A stretch of 64,000 nt of DNA from contig DPHV01000022.1 of the NCBI GenBank assembly GCA_003521625.1, positions 6,926 to 70,925 on the forward strand, written 5' to 3'. Of the stretch, positions 48,864 through 58,041 are shown in pieces (position 1 is the stretch's first letter; each line of letters opens with the position of its first letter). Origin of the DNA: Ruminococcus sp. (GTDB lineage Bacteria; Bacillota; Clostridia; Oscillospirales; Acutalibacteraceae). The notes beneath the pieces were generated by a model. It searched no databases. It saw nothing but the letters and a program-made list of their open reading frames with translations, and was not told the DNA's origin. Position numbers and translations under genes: made by a program.

Positions 48864-49057
48864 GTAGCGAGCGACGCCCTCGTCGCTCACGAATAACACT
48901 CAAACGTTGTTGTAAGGAATTTGAGCGACGGGGGCGTCGCTCGCTACAGTTTAAAACAAACATTTCCTCTATATCCGTAAGGGACGGCTTCCCAGACGTC
49001 CCCTTCACAAAAATTGCGTTGCAATTTTTGTGTGGACACGGCACGCCGTGTCCCTAC
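48864..49057. repeat. REP cluster: family E homodimer and B-palindrome-C heterodimer
   Basis: E 48864-48888 and reverse 48923-48947; B (GTAA variant) 48977-49002; palindrome 49006-49032; C reverse 49034-49057. Confidence 0.9.
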
Positions 49058-49143
49058 GTCAACGTTGCAATATTTCCAACGCTAAATTATAGTTTATTTC
49101 ATACCAACAATATCAAAATATAAATGAAAAGAGGATAAATAAA

Positions 49144-49953
49144 ATGGGATGTAATCACGATTGTTCCTCCTGCTCATCGAGCTGTAAGGAAAATAACAAT
49201 GAAGATTTGCACGAGGCGCTGAATCAGTACAGCAGTGTAAAAAAGGTAATCGGCGTTGTGTCGGGCAAGGGCGGCGTAGGCAAAAGCCTTGTAACCTCAA
49301 TGCTCGCCGTAACAATGAACAGAATGGGCAAGAGCGTTGCAGTGCTTGACGCTGATATTACAGGTCCGTCAATTCCCAAGGCATTCGGCAGAACGCAGAG
49401 ATGTATGGGCAGTGACGAGGGAATTATCCCTGTTGAAACCGAAACAGGCATTAAAATTATGTCAATCAACCTTTTGCTTGAAAACGAAACCGACCCTGTT
49501 GTATGGCGTTCGCCGATGATTACGGGAACGGTAAAGCAGTTCTGGACAGACGTTGTGTGGGGCGATGTTGACTATATGTTTGTCGATATGCCTCCGGGAA
49601 CGGGTGACGTTCCGCTTACTGTGTTCCAGAGCATTCCGCTTGACGGAATCGTTGTTGTGGCTTCTCCGCAGGAGCTTGTCGGAATGATTGTTGAAAAGGC
49701 GGTTAAAATGGCAAATATGATGGACGTTCCCGTACTCGGAATTGTTGAGAATATGAGCTACTTTGCCTGCCCCGAGTGCGGAAAGAGATTTTCCGTTTTC
49801 GGCGAAAGCCACGTTGACGAAATTGCCGAAAAGTACGGCACAAGGGTGCTTGCAAAGCTCCCGATTGATTCCGAGCTTGCAAAGAGCGTAGACAACGGCA
49901 GAGTAGAATTTTTCGAGGGCAATTACCTTGACGAAGCCGCTGAAAAGCTGTAA
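49144..49953 (+). CDS. Mrp/NBP35 (ApbC) iron-sulfur cluster carrier ATPase
   Basis: N-terminal Cys cluster, SGKGGVGKS, DADITGPS, DMPPGTGD, ENMS..CP.C. Confidence 0.94.
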   Translation: MGCNHDCSSCSSSCKENNNEDLHEALNQYSSVKKVIGVVSGKGGVGKSLVTSMLAVTMNRMGKSVAVLDADITGPSIPKAFGRTQRCMGSDEGIIPVETETGIKIMSINLLLENETDPVVWRSPMITGTVKQFWTDVVWGDVDYMFVDMPPGTGDVPLTVFQSIPLDGIVVVASPQELVGMIVEKAVKMANMMDVPVLGIVENMSYFACPECGKRFSVFGESHVDEIAEKYGTRVLAKLPIDSELAKSVDNGRVEFFEGNYLDEAAEKL

Positions 49954-50040
49954 AATTAAATTCAACGTGACCGAAGGTCACACCAGACTGTCGAAAAAGC
50001 AGTAACGTTAAATTTAGAATAGTCAACTTTTGAGGTACAG

Positions 50041-50193
50041 CCAAGCCTTCCCTTGAGGGAAGGTGTCACAGCGATTTATCGCTGTGACAGAAGGGTGGTA
50101 GGGGAGAAGAACGTGCAAAAATGAGGAAAAGTTCATCTTCACCCTTCAGTCATTTTGCAAGCAAAATGACAGCTCCCCTCAAAGGGGAGCCTT
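50041..50193. repeat. 153-bp multi-hairpin dispersed element, copy 2
   Basis: Matches 44770-44922; lies between 19-bp direct repeats at 49965-49983 and 50264-50282. Confidence 0.9.
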
Positions 50194-50307
50194 TGATATA
50201 ATGGCAAAGTCTTGTTGTATTAATTTTAAATTTTCTGATTATAGTAACTTTTTATACAAGCTGACGTGACCGAAGGTCACACATCACTTCCATAAGGGGG
50301 ATTTATT

Positions 50308-51482
50308 ATGAAATGTACAAATTGCGGAAATGAATTTATGGGCAAATTCTGCCCGAACTGCGGTACTCCTGCACCTGTAAATGACAGTGCACCCATTCAG
50401 ACCGAACAGGCACAGCCGACAGAGCCTGTTATGAACACACCCGAGCAGACGGAGACAACACAGCCTGTTTGGGAAACTCCTGTTCCCGAAAACACACCCG
50501 AACAGAATGTAATTCCCGAGCCTGTTCAGTATAATCCGACAAATGATTATAATTCAAATGTTCAGCAAGAGCCAGCACAGCCACAGCAAACAAGCTTTGG
50601 CCAGCAGTTTACGAACAGCTCAAACGGCGGATATACGGGACAGCAGTTTACAAATCAGCCGCAGACTAATGCACCCTCGGGCAAAAAGGGTATGAGTACA
50701 GGCAAGATAGTAGGTCTTGTACTCGGAATTGTCGGTGGTTTAATACTTATACTTTGCATTATATTGGTGTTGTTGCCTGCAACATTTTTAATGTATTCAA
50801 GAATGCTGTAGCAGATAATAACATTGTGAATTCCATTGTTTCCGAGATTGAAGATTACACACTGCCCGAATGGGAAGAAGATACAACAGCAAACAGCGCA
50901 ATTGTGGAAGATACTACTGCTCCCGAAACAAGCGACAGCTCAGATTATGAGGACTACTACGGTAAACTTGACAACGTTTCTCACTGCTACTACAAGGAAA
51001 CTGATGGCGGTGTAAAGATTACCGGATATGACAATATGTATGACTACGATGCAAAGACTCTCACTGTTGAAATTCCGTCAAAGATTGATGGCAAGGACGT
51101 TGTAGAGCTTGAATCACTCGGAGTTTATAATCTCAGCAGCTATGATGATGACGAAATGTACATCAAAGTCGTAATCCCCGGCTCGGTAAAGGTTATCAGA
51201 GAATATGCCGTGTCATTTAATGTGGATATCGACGAGGTCGTAATTGAGGAAGGCGTAGAAACCATTGAACCAACATCATTTTTTGGCTGTGATGAATTAA
51301 AGTCGGTTACAGTGCCGAAGTCTGTAAAGACTATGGACGGCTGCGGAATCGGTCTTGAATATAAAGACGAAGATTCTTATGAAGAAAGCGCAATCGACGG
51401 TTTTGTGCTTTACGGAGCAAAAGGCTCAACAGCCGAAAGCTACGCAAAGGAGAATAAGCTCAAATTTATCGAAGCAAAGTAA
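50308..51482 (+). pseudogene. Zinc-ribbon / TM / BspA-type LRR protein split by a frameshift (pseudogene or sequence error)
   Basis: ORF 50308-50811 (CxxC..FCPNCG, Q/P/T linker, TM) and ORF 50754-51482 (IPGSVKVI, IEEGVETI, VPKSVKT) join through the TM if one base is restored near 50760-50765. Confidence 0.75.
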
Positions 51483-51485
51483 TTC

Positions 51486-51518
51486 AATTCGGAATGCGTA
51501 ATGCGTAATTCGGAATTA
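51486..51518 (+). repeat. Heptamer array
   Basis: AATTCGGAATGCGTAATGCGTAATTCGGAATTA, identical to 25757-25789. Confidence 0.85.
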
Positions 51519-51558
51519 ATTAAATTCTCAAACTTAATATAACTTAATATAATAATTA

Positions 51559-51598
51559 AAAGGTCGGAATACCTTGATTGGTGTTCCGACCTGTTTTT
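51559..51598. terminator. Terminator between convergent genes
   Basis: AGGTCGGAATACC...GGTGTTCCGACCT plus T run. Confidence 0.7.
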
Positions 51599-51608
51599 AT
51601 GCTTTTTA

Positions 51609-52088
51609 TCAGATAATCGACTTTATAAGTCCGCCCTTTTTGATTATGTTCTGAATGAACTCGGGGAACGGCTCTGCCTGATAGGTTTTGCCCGTCGTTT
51701 CGTCTGTGATAACGCCTGTGTCAAAGTTTACCGAAACCGTGTCGCCCGACTTGATTTCCTTTGCCGCCTCGTCACATTCAAGAATCGGAAGTCCGATGTT
51801 GATTGCGTTGCGATAGAAAATTCTTGCAAAGGTTGAGGCGATTACGCACGAAATTCCGCTTGCCTTAATCGCAATCGGAGCGTGCTCACGTGACGAGCCG
51901 CAACCGAAGTTCTTTTCGGCAACCATAATGTCGCCCTCTTTTACATTGTTTACAAAATCCTTGTCGATGTCCTCCATACAGTGAGCCGCAAGCTCCTTGT
52001 GTGAGGCTGTGTTAAGATAGCGAGCAGGGATAATTACGTCTGTATCTACGTTGTCGCCGAATTTATGTACAGTACCTTTTGCGTTCAT
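51609..52088 (-). CDS. leuD: 3-isopropylmalate dehydratase small subunit
   Basis: [39 protein letters not shown]. Confidence 0.92.
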   Translation of the reverse strand: MNAKGTVHKFGDNVDTDVIIPARYLNTASHKELAAHCMEDIDKDFVNNVKEGDIMVAEKNFGCGSSREHAPIAIKASGISCVIASTFARIFYRNAINIGLPILECDEAAKEIKSGDTVSVNFDTGVITDETTGKTYQAEPFPEFIQNIIKKGGLIKSII

Positions 52089-52107
52089 ATTTAGCACCTT
52101 ACCTTTC

Positions 52108-53376
52108 TTAGTTGAGCTTTTCGGGGTCTGTGATGTAGCCCGTTACTGCGCTTGCCGCCGCAACGGCTGGGCTTGCAAGGTAAACCTCGCTGTCAACGTG
52201 TCCCATTCTGCCTACAAAGTTGCGGTTGGTAGTTGAAATTGCCTTCTCGCCTGCGGCAAGAATACCCATATGACCGCCAAGACAAGGTCCGCAGGTGGGA
52301 GTTGAAACAACTGCGCCAGCCTCTACAAATATGTCGAAAAGTCCCTCGTGCATAGCCTGAAGCCAGATTTTCTGAGTTCCCGGGAGAATAATACATCTTA
52401 CGTTGTCGGCAATCTTTCTGCCCTTGAGAATGTCAGCCGCCGCACGTAAATCGGAAATTCTGCCGTTTGTGCACGAGCCGATTACACACTGGTCAATCTT
52501 AACTTCCTTTTCGCCGATTTCGTCAACCGTTCTTGTGTTTTCGGGAAGGTGAGGGAATGCAACAGTCGGCTTAAGCTCGCTCAAATCAATTGTGTATTCC
52601 TCGTCGTAAACTGCGTCCTCGTCGGCGGTATATTCAACGGGAGTGCCCTGATACCTGCCGTTGCAGTATTCACGTGTTACGTCGTCAACAGGGAAAATGC
52701 CGTTCTTTGCGCCTGCCTCAATAGCCATATTTGCAATGCAAAGGCGGTCGTCAATGTTGAGGTACTTAATGCCCTCGCCGACAAATTCCATTGACTTGTA
52801 GAGTGCGCCGTCAACGCCGATTTTGCCGATAATGTGGAGAATTACGTCCTTGCCGCTTACATAGCCCTGCGGCTTGCCGATAAGATTGAACTTAATAGCG
52901 GAGGGAACCTTGAACCAAGCCTTGCCGCTTATCATTCCTGCCGCCATATCTGTTGAGCCTACGCCTGTTGAAAATGCGCCGAGTGCGCCGTATGTACAGG
53001 TGTGCGAGTCTGCGCCTATGCAAAGACAGCCGGGGCCTACAAGTCCCATTTCGGGGAGAAGTGCGTGTTCAATGCCCATCTGACCGACGTCCTTGTAATT
53101 TTTGATGTCGTACTTGTGAGCAAACTCTCTTGTCTGCTTAACCTGAGTAGCCGCCTTAATGTCCTTGTTGGGAGTAAAGTGGTCCATAATCATTGCGATT
53201 TTTGTGTTGTCAAACACAGCAGTTGCGCCGTTTTCTTCAAATACGTTGATTGCAACGGGAGAGGTTACGTCGTTGCCGAGCACCATATCCAGCTTTGCTT
53301 CAATAAGCTGACCAGCCTTAACCTCGTCAAGTCCTGCGTGAGCGGCGAGGATTTTCTGCGACATAGTCATACCCAT
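52108..53376 (-). CDS. leuC: 3-isopropylmalate dehydratase large subunit
   Basis: [39 protein letters not shown]. Confidence 0.92.
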   Translation of the reverse strand: MGMTMSQKILAAHAGLDEVKAGQLIEAKLDMVLGNDVTSPVAINVFEENGATAVFDNTKIAMIMDHFTPNKDIKAATQVKQTREFAHKYDIKNYKDVGQMGIEHALLPEMGLVGPGCLCIGADSHTCTYGALGAFSTGVGSTDMAAGMISGKAWFKVPSAIKFNLIGKPQGYVSGKDVILHIIGKIGVDGALYKSMEFVGEGIKYLNIDDRLCIANMAIEAGAKNGIFPVDDVTREYCNGRYQGTPVEYTADEDAVYDEEYTIDLSELKPTVAFPHLPENTRTVDEIGEKEVKIDQCVIGSCTNGRISDLRAAADILKGRKIADNVRCIILPGTQKIWLQAMHEGLFDIFVEAGAVVSTPTCGPCLGGHMGILAAGEKAISTTNRNFVGRMGHVDSEVYLASPAVAAASAVTGYITDPEKLN

Positions 53377-53509
53377 AATTATCACTCCTTAAATCTGTTG
53401 ATTTACTTTAAATACATTATTACATATAGAATGATAAAAGATTGTAAACTAATTTACAATTTCGAAATTATAATTTCAATAAACAATTGACACTTAATTG
53501 GGAGTATCT

Positions 53510-53541
53510 AATTCTGCATTACGCATTTCGAATTCCGAATT
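53510..53541 (-). repeat. Heptamer array
   Basis: ATTCTGC ATTACGC ATTTCGA ATTCCGA just after the MATE stop codon. Confidence 0.75.
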
Positions 53542-53550
53542 AAAAATATA

Positions 53551-54924
53551 TCACTCTGTGCTGACAACGCTCTTTCCTCTCCAGCTTCCCTTAATCCATC
53601 TGATAAATACGACAATTCCTCTGAAAATCTCGTCAGCCGCCATACCTATCCACACGCCTGCAAGTCCCATTCCGAGGACAACGCCGAGAACGAACGCAAT
53701 CAGCACGCTCAGTCCCCACATTGAGAATATTGCAATCATCGTCGGGAATTTTACATCTCCTGCCGCTTTCATACTGTTTATAATAACGATATTTGTCGTG
53801 CGTCCGAACTCCAGAAAAACTGCAATGAGCATAACCGTCGCACCCAGCTCTGCAACCTTCGGGTCGCCTGAAAAAATTGAAAACGTAAACGGAGCGGCAA
53901 GCCAATTCAGAACAGCTATTGAAATTGAAACAAGCAGTCCGAAACGAAGCGTTTTGAGCACCTTTTTGTATGCAAAGTCGTAATCTCCTGCGCCAACGCT
54001 GTGACCTACAATAATCTGCGTAGCAATTGCGGCTGAAAAAGCAATCATATAAGTCAACATTGAAAGCATTGTTGCATATATTTTAGTATTTATGGCAACA
54101 ATACCCATGGTGTTTACAAAGGCGGTAATAACAAGCTGTGAAAAGTTGTAGGAAATATTCTCGCCTGCGGTGGGAATACCGAGCCGTAAAAGCTGTTTCA
54201 GAATACTATGAGGAAACGGTTTAAGATATTTTATTCCCATTCTGCCCTTGATAACTCTGTAAAAGTAAATAACTGCGGCGACAACGGCAAGAATTCTGCT
54301 TATTGAGGTTGAAATTGCAACTCCCGACGCACCAAATCCCAGAGTCTGCAACGGTCCGTAGAGGAACAGGAAGTTGCCTATAATATTGGTGATGTTCATA
54401 CCAAAGGAAATTACCATTCCGAAAACAGTCTTGCCGTGACTGCTGAAAATCTGACTGAACGCATTGATAAGCGCCTGTGTAAATATTGTACCGCCGACTA
54501 TTTTCATATACATATCGGCGTCATTCATCATCTCGTCGGGTACCTGCATAACAGAAAGCAGAGGATTGCTGAACAGGAACACCACAAGGCTGATTATTCC
54601 GCTCAAAACAAGGTTAAAGCTCAGCGCAACGGTGTAAATGCGGTTCATTTCCTCTTTTTTGCCTGCGCCGAGGTACTGGCTTACCATAATTCCCGTTGCA
54701 CTCGAAATTACGGTGAACGCAAGCGCAAGAAAACCGATTATCGAGTTAGCATTGCCGATAGCGCCGACGGCAGTTTCGCTGTAGTTTGACAGCATAATGG
54801 TGTCTACATAGCCGAGTGCAACGCCGAGAAGCGACTGAAAGAATATCGGCCACGCAAGGCTTAATACGCTTCGCTGAACAACAGGGAGCTTTTTATCATT
54901 TTTCATTTTGGAAAGTACCGACAT
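53551..54924 (-). CDS. MATE family efflux transporter
   Basis: LAWP, VDTIML, SQYLGA, GASGVAIST, AGDVKFP; 12 TMs. Confidence 0.93.
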   Translation of the reverse strand: MSVLSKMKNDKKLPVVQRSVLSLAWPIFFQSLLGVALGYVDTIMLSNYSETAVGAIGNANSIIGFLALAFTVISSATGIMVSQYLGAGKKEEMNRIYTVALSFNLVLSGIISLVVFLFSNPLLSVMQVPDEMMNDADMYMKIVGGTIFTQALINAFSQIFSSHGKTVFGMVISFGMNITNIIGNFLFLYGPLQTLGFGASGVAISTSISRILAVVAAVIYFYRVIKGRMGIKYLKPFPHSILKQLLRLGIPTAGENISYNFSQLVITAFVNTMGIVAINTKIYATMLSMLTYMIAFSAAIATQIIVGHSVGAGDYDFAYKKVLKTLRFGLLVSISIAVLNWLAAPFTFSIFSGDPKVAELGATVMLIAVFLEFGRTTNIVIINSMKAAGDVKFPTMIAIFSMWGLSVLIAFVLGVVLGMGLAGVWIGMAADEIFRGIVVFIRWIKGSWRGKSVVSTE

Positions 54925-55059
54925 AATTTTTCCTCCGGAAAATAATTTACAAATAATAATTGTTAATTGTACATTGATAATTGTTAATTAAATTTATCTG
55001 TTGACCTGACCTGTTTTGCGCTGTATAATGTGAAATATAATACTGAAAGGAAATTGTTT

Positions 55060-55653
55060 ATGAATATATGTGTATTTGGTTCGTCAAGCGACCTTATTGA
55101 CAAAGAATATCTTGATTCTGCCGAAAAGCTCGGTTCAGAGCTTGCAAAAAAAGGGCACGGCGTTGTGTTCGGTGCCGGAAAATTCGGCGTTATGGGAGCA
55201 ACCGCACGAGGTGTTTCAGCCGAAAACGGCACGCTTATCGGCGTAAGCCCGAAGTTCTTTACCGAAATGGACGTACTTTTTGACAGCTGTACCGAGCTGA
55301 TTCTCACCGAAACAATGCGTGAACGCAAGGGCATTATGGAGGACAGATCCGACGCCTTTATCATCTGCGCAGGCGGAATGGGCACCTTTGAGGAGTTTTT
55401 CGAGGTTCTCACCCTCAAACAGCTCCGCCGTCACGAAAAGCCTATTATAATATATAATGTAAAAGGCTACTACAATCATATGATTGCGATGATGGACAAC
55501 GCAGTTAAGAATAAGTTTATGACAGACGACTGCAAACGCCTTTATTCCGTAGCCGACACGCAGGAAGAAGTTTTTGAACAGCTTGAAAACTACGTTCCCT
55601 TTTCATATAATAAGTATAATTATATTTATGAGGGGGATAAGAGCAATGGCTGA
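55060..55653 (+). CDS. LOG family (TIGR00730-like) nucleotide phosphoribohydrolase
   Basis: ICVFGSS, MRERK, AGGMGTFEE (canonical PGGxGTxxE), HEKPI. Confidence 0.88.
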   Translation: MNICVFGSSSDLIDKEYLDSAEKLGSELAKKGHGVVFGAGKFGVMGATARGVSAENGTLIGVSPKFFTEMDVLFDSCTELILTETMRERKGIMEDRSDAFIICAGGMGTFEEFFEVLTLKQLRRHEKPIIIYNVKGYYNHMIAMMDNAVKNKFMTDDCKRLYSVADTQEEVFEQLENYVPFSYNKYNYIYEGDKSNG

Positions 55654-55819
55654 CCGCTGTGAAATGTGCGCTCACTATGTTGTTGATGAGGAGTTCGGCG
55701 ACTATTGCAGTATCGACCTCGACGAGGACGAAATGGAGCGTTTTCTTACCCAAAGCGTCACTCAATGCCACTATTTTCAGCTCTACGACGAATATAAAAT
55801 AGTAAACAAGCAGATTTAA
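55646..55819 (+). CDS. Small Cys-containing conserved hypothetical protein (DUF6472-like)
   Basis: MADRCEMCAHY...C..DLDEDEM..FL.....C.YF..YDEYKIV.KQI; overlaps LOG stop. Confidence 0.7.
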   Translation: MADRCEMCAHYVVDEEFGDYCSIDLDEDEMERFLTQSVTQCHYFQLYDEYKIVNKQI

Positions 55820-55839
55820 TATTGTATAATTTTATTCAA

Positions 55840-55869
55840 ACGGCACGATTTTCGTGCCTTTTTTGTTTT
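55840..55869 (+). terminator. Intrinsic terminator
   Basis: GGCACGA TTT TCGTGCC followed by T run. Confidence 0.7.
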
Positions 55870-56060
55870 TATAGAAGATATAATTCGAAAAGTTACATTG
55901 CAAAAACATCATTTTATTACTATTATATCTATCATTTGCCTACATTCAAGGGGAAAATTTAATAATATATAGCAGTATTTATTCTTTTTGTGTAAAAAAG
56001 AGCTATTTCTGAACAGTAACAATACTTTTTACATTTCTGTAATATATTTAATTATTATGC

Positions 56061-56151
56061 ACAAATCAAATCCTCAAAGCTTGTGTAAACATACAAAAAT
56101 ATAAAAACACAGTATAAAATCATTGATTTTCCGACAAATGTGGTATAAAAT
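56061..56151 (+). promoter_or_regulatory. Upstream motif plus sigma-A promoter of the SipW cluster
   Basis: ACAAA-N15-TTGTGTA-N5-ACAAAA at 56061-56098; TTGATT-N17-TAAAAT at 56123-56151. Confidence 0.6.
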
Positions 56152-56205
56152 TGTTTTATCAAATAGTGAAATTATGGTTGTAATTATGCCAAATTTTATT
56201 CGGGA

Positions 56206-57027
56206 GTGTTCACAATGGGCTTTTTCAACAAGATAGTTGATAATATGGTCAGCGAAAAAGTGCCTCGTAAAAGGCGCAAAAGGCTGATAGTGTTTATAGC
56301 CCTCATTACTCTGCTTTCAATGACTACAGCAACGGTTGCCTGGTTTACGGTAAATACCTTTGCAGGCGTTGATAATCTTGATATTAAAATCAGTATGAGC
56401 GCACAGCTAAAGGTAGGAATGGAAAATTACGGTACCGACCTTGCTAAATATACAAAGGTAATCACCAATGAAATGGTAGACAGCTATCTTCAGAAGCATA
56501 ACACAAGCCTTGAAGATACTGTTCTCGATCCTGTAACAACTTCTGACGGTGTTAAGTTTACTAATCAGAGAGGTACGGTAAAAGAGGCAAATAAACGCTC
56601 CTACCTCGAATTTGAGTGTTACTTTATCGCTACCGAGGATATGTGGGTGCACCTTACAACCGAAAGCACCAAGCAGGGCGAAGATGACGGCACAAAGGTT
56701 ACAACAACCTCTACGGGTGCAAAGGCTGACGTAGTAAATTGCGCACGAGTTGATTTTTCAACCGACAAAAACGGTACTGCAATTTATGAGCCGAACCGTG
56801 GAACTCCTGTCAGCGGACAGACTACATTCGACCTTCCTTCAGGCACAATGCAGTACAGCAACAGCACAAGGCTTTTCCATCTTGACCAGCTTACTCCCAC
56901 AAAGGCAACAATCCGAATTTGGATTGACGGCGAAGACCCGCAGTGTGACGACGACGTTCAGGAAGCACAGCTCGGTGTTCAGCTCGGCTTTGTAGGCTGT
57001 GACGAAAACAACGTTCCCATTTCTTAA
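56206..57027 (+). CDS. SipW-type signal peptide protein (TasA/camelysin-like fibre subunit candidate)
   Basis: Basic N-region, hydrophobic helix, ATVA-WFT; C-terminal IWIDGEDPQCDD; start may be ATG 56215. Confidence 0.75.
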   Translation: MFTMGFFNKIVDNMVSEKVPRKRRKRLIVFIALITLLSMTTATVAWFTVNTFAGVDNLDIKISMSAQLKVGMENYGTDLAKYTKVITNEMVDSYLQKHNTSLEDTVLDPVTTSDGVKFTNQRGTVKEANKRSYLEFECYFIATEDMWVHLTTESTKQGEDDGTKVTTTSTGAKADVVNCARVDFSTDKNGTAIYEPNRGTPVSGQTTFDLPSGTMQYSNSTRLFHLDQLTPTKATIRIWIDGEDPQCDDDVQEAQLGVQLGFVGCDENNVPIS

Positions 57028-57125
57028 TCCATATCACTGATAATTACTTAACTTTTGATTATTAATTTTATGGGATGGCATTCTTGACGTCCCGTTATAC
57101 ATTAAAGAAAAAATAAACCGACGGA

Positions 57126-57941
57126 GTGATTAATTTGTTCGGAAAAAAGAAACCAAAAATTGAACAGCCCATTACTCCGGAGGAGTTGAGCCGTCTTAAT
57201 GATAAAAAAATGGCAGATGCCGAAATTGAGCATTTCCATGTTAAAAACGACTCAATTGACATTGTCAAGTACAAAAAGCGCAGAAAGCTTTTAAGTGTAA
57301 TCCTTACGGTATGCTTGATTATTCTGCTGATTTTGTTCCTTGTTTCAATGCTCGTGACACAGTGGGGCGACCTTATCATAAGCGTTGATTCTCCTGCTGT
57401 TAAAAAGGGTATTGTTTTAAGCGAGGATCCCGAGTTCAAAACGCAGAGTGCTTCACTTTCCGCTAAACAGGCTGACGATGTAACAAACATTACATATTCG
57501 TGGCTTCCCGTTGACCTTGATACAAGCAAAAACGGCGAGCATAACGGCGACAACTACGTTGCATATACCTTCTACTGCAAGAACAACGGACAAGCTGCTC
57601 TCGACTATGACGCAGTGCTTGAAATTACAGGTGTTGCAAAGTCAGCAGATGAAGCCGCAAGAGTTATGGTTTATAAAAACGGCGAGCCGACTATTTACGG
57701 TAAGGGAAAGTACGATGACCGCAACACAGCCGAAACCGATTGCACAAAGTTCAATACCGACACCGAGGTAATGACAACCGCAACCGAGGACTTCAAGGTC
57801 GGCGATATTGATAAATACACAATCGTTATCTGGATTGAGGGCAACGACCCCGAGTGTATCGACGATATCCGCAACGGACACATCAGAATGAGAATGTTGT
57901 TCAGCGTGCGTGACGACGAAACAACAGCACCCGCAAATTAA
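57126..57941 (+). CDS. Paralogous fibre-like protein with apparently uncleaved membrane anchor
   Basis: KKRRK plus TM without A-WF; C-terminal IWIEGNDPECIDD. Confidence 0.7.
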   Translation: MINLFGKKKPKIEQPITPEELSRLNDKKMADAEIEHFHVKNDSIDIVKYKKRRKLLSVILTVCLIILLILFLVSMLVTQWGDLIISVDSPAVKKGIVLSEDPEFKTQSASLSAKQADDVTNITYSWLPVDLDTSKNGEHNGDNYVAYTFYCKNNGQAALDYDAVLEITGVAKSADEAARVMVYKNGEPTIYGKGKYDDRNTAETDCTKFNTDTEVMTTATEDFKVGDIDKYTIVIWIEGNDPECIDDIRNGHIRMRMLFSVRDDETTAPAN

Positions 57942-58041
57942 TCAGGTATTAAGCGTAATCATAAAGTTACGCTGAATATAAAGCAAAATATCCCTATGGT
58001 GTTTTAGGGACAAAAAATTATTTTTTAGGAGGAATTTCTCA

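Noticed and set aside
17344..49057. REP clusters as CRISPR arrays
   Set aside because: Repeats are inverted or mixed, not regularly spaced direct repeats with unique spacers; no cas genes seen
53386..53550. T-box or leader-peptide attenuator for leuCD
   Set aside because: No T-box consensus or Leu-rich leader recognised; region is short, AT-rich and partly heptamer repeat
53498..53983. 161 aa plus-strand ORF and similar short overlapping ORFs throughout the track
   Set aside because: Antisense to well-supported genes (here MATE), no independent evidence
55860..56205. c-di-GMP riboswitch ahead of the fibre cluster
   Set aside because: No GEMM-like motif or GC stems recognised by eye; an Rfam scan would be needed to exclude it
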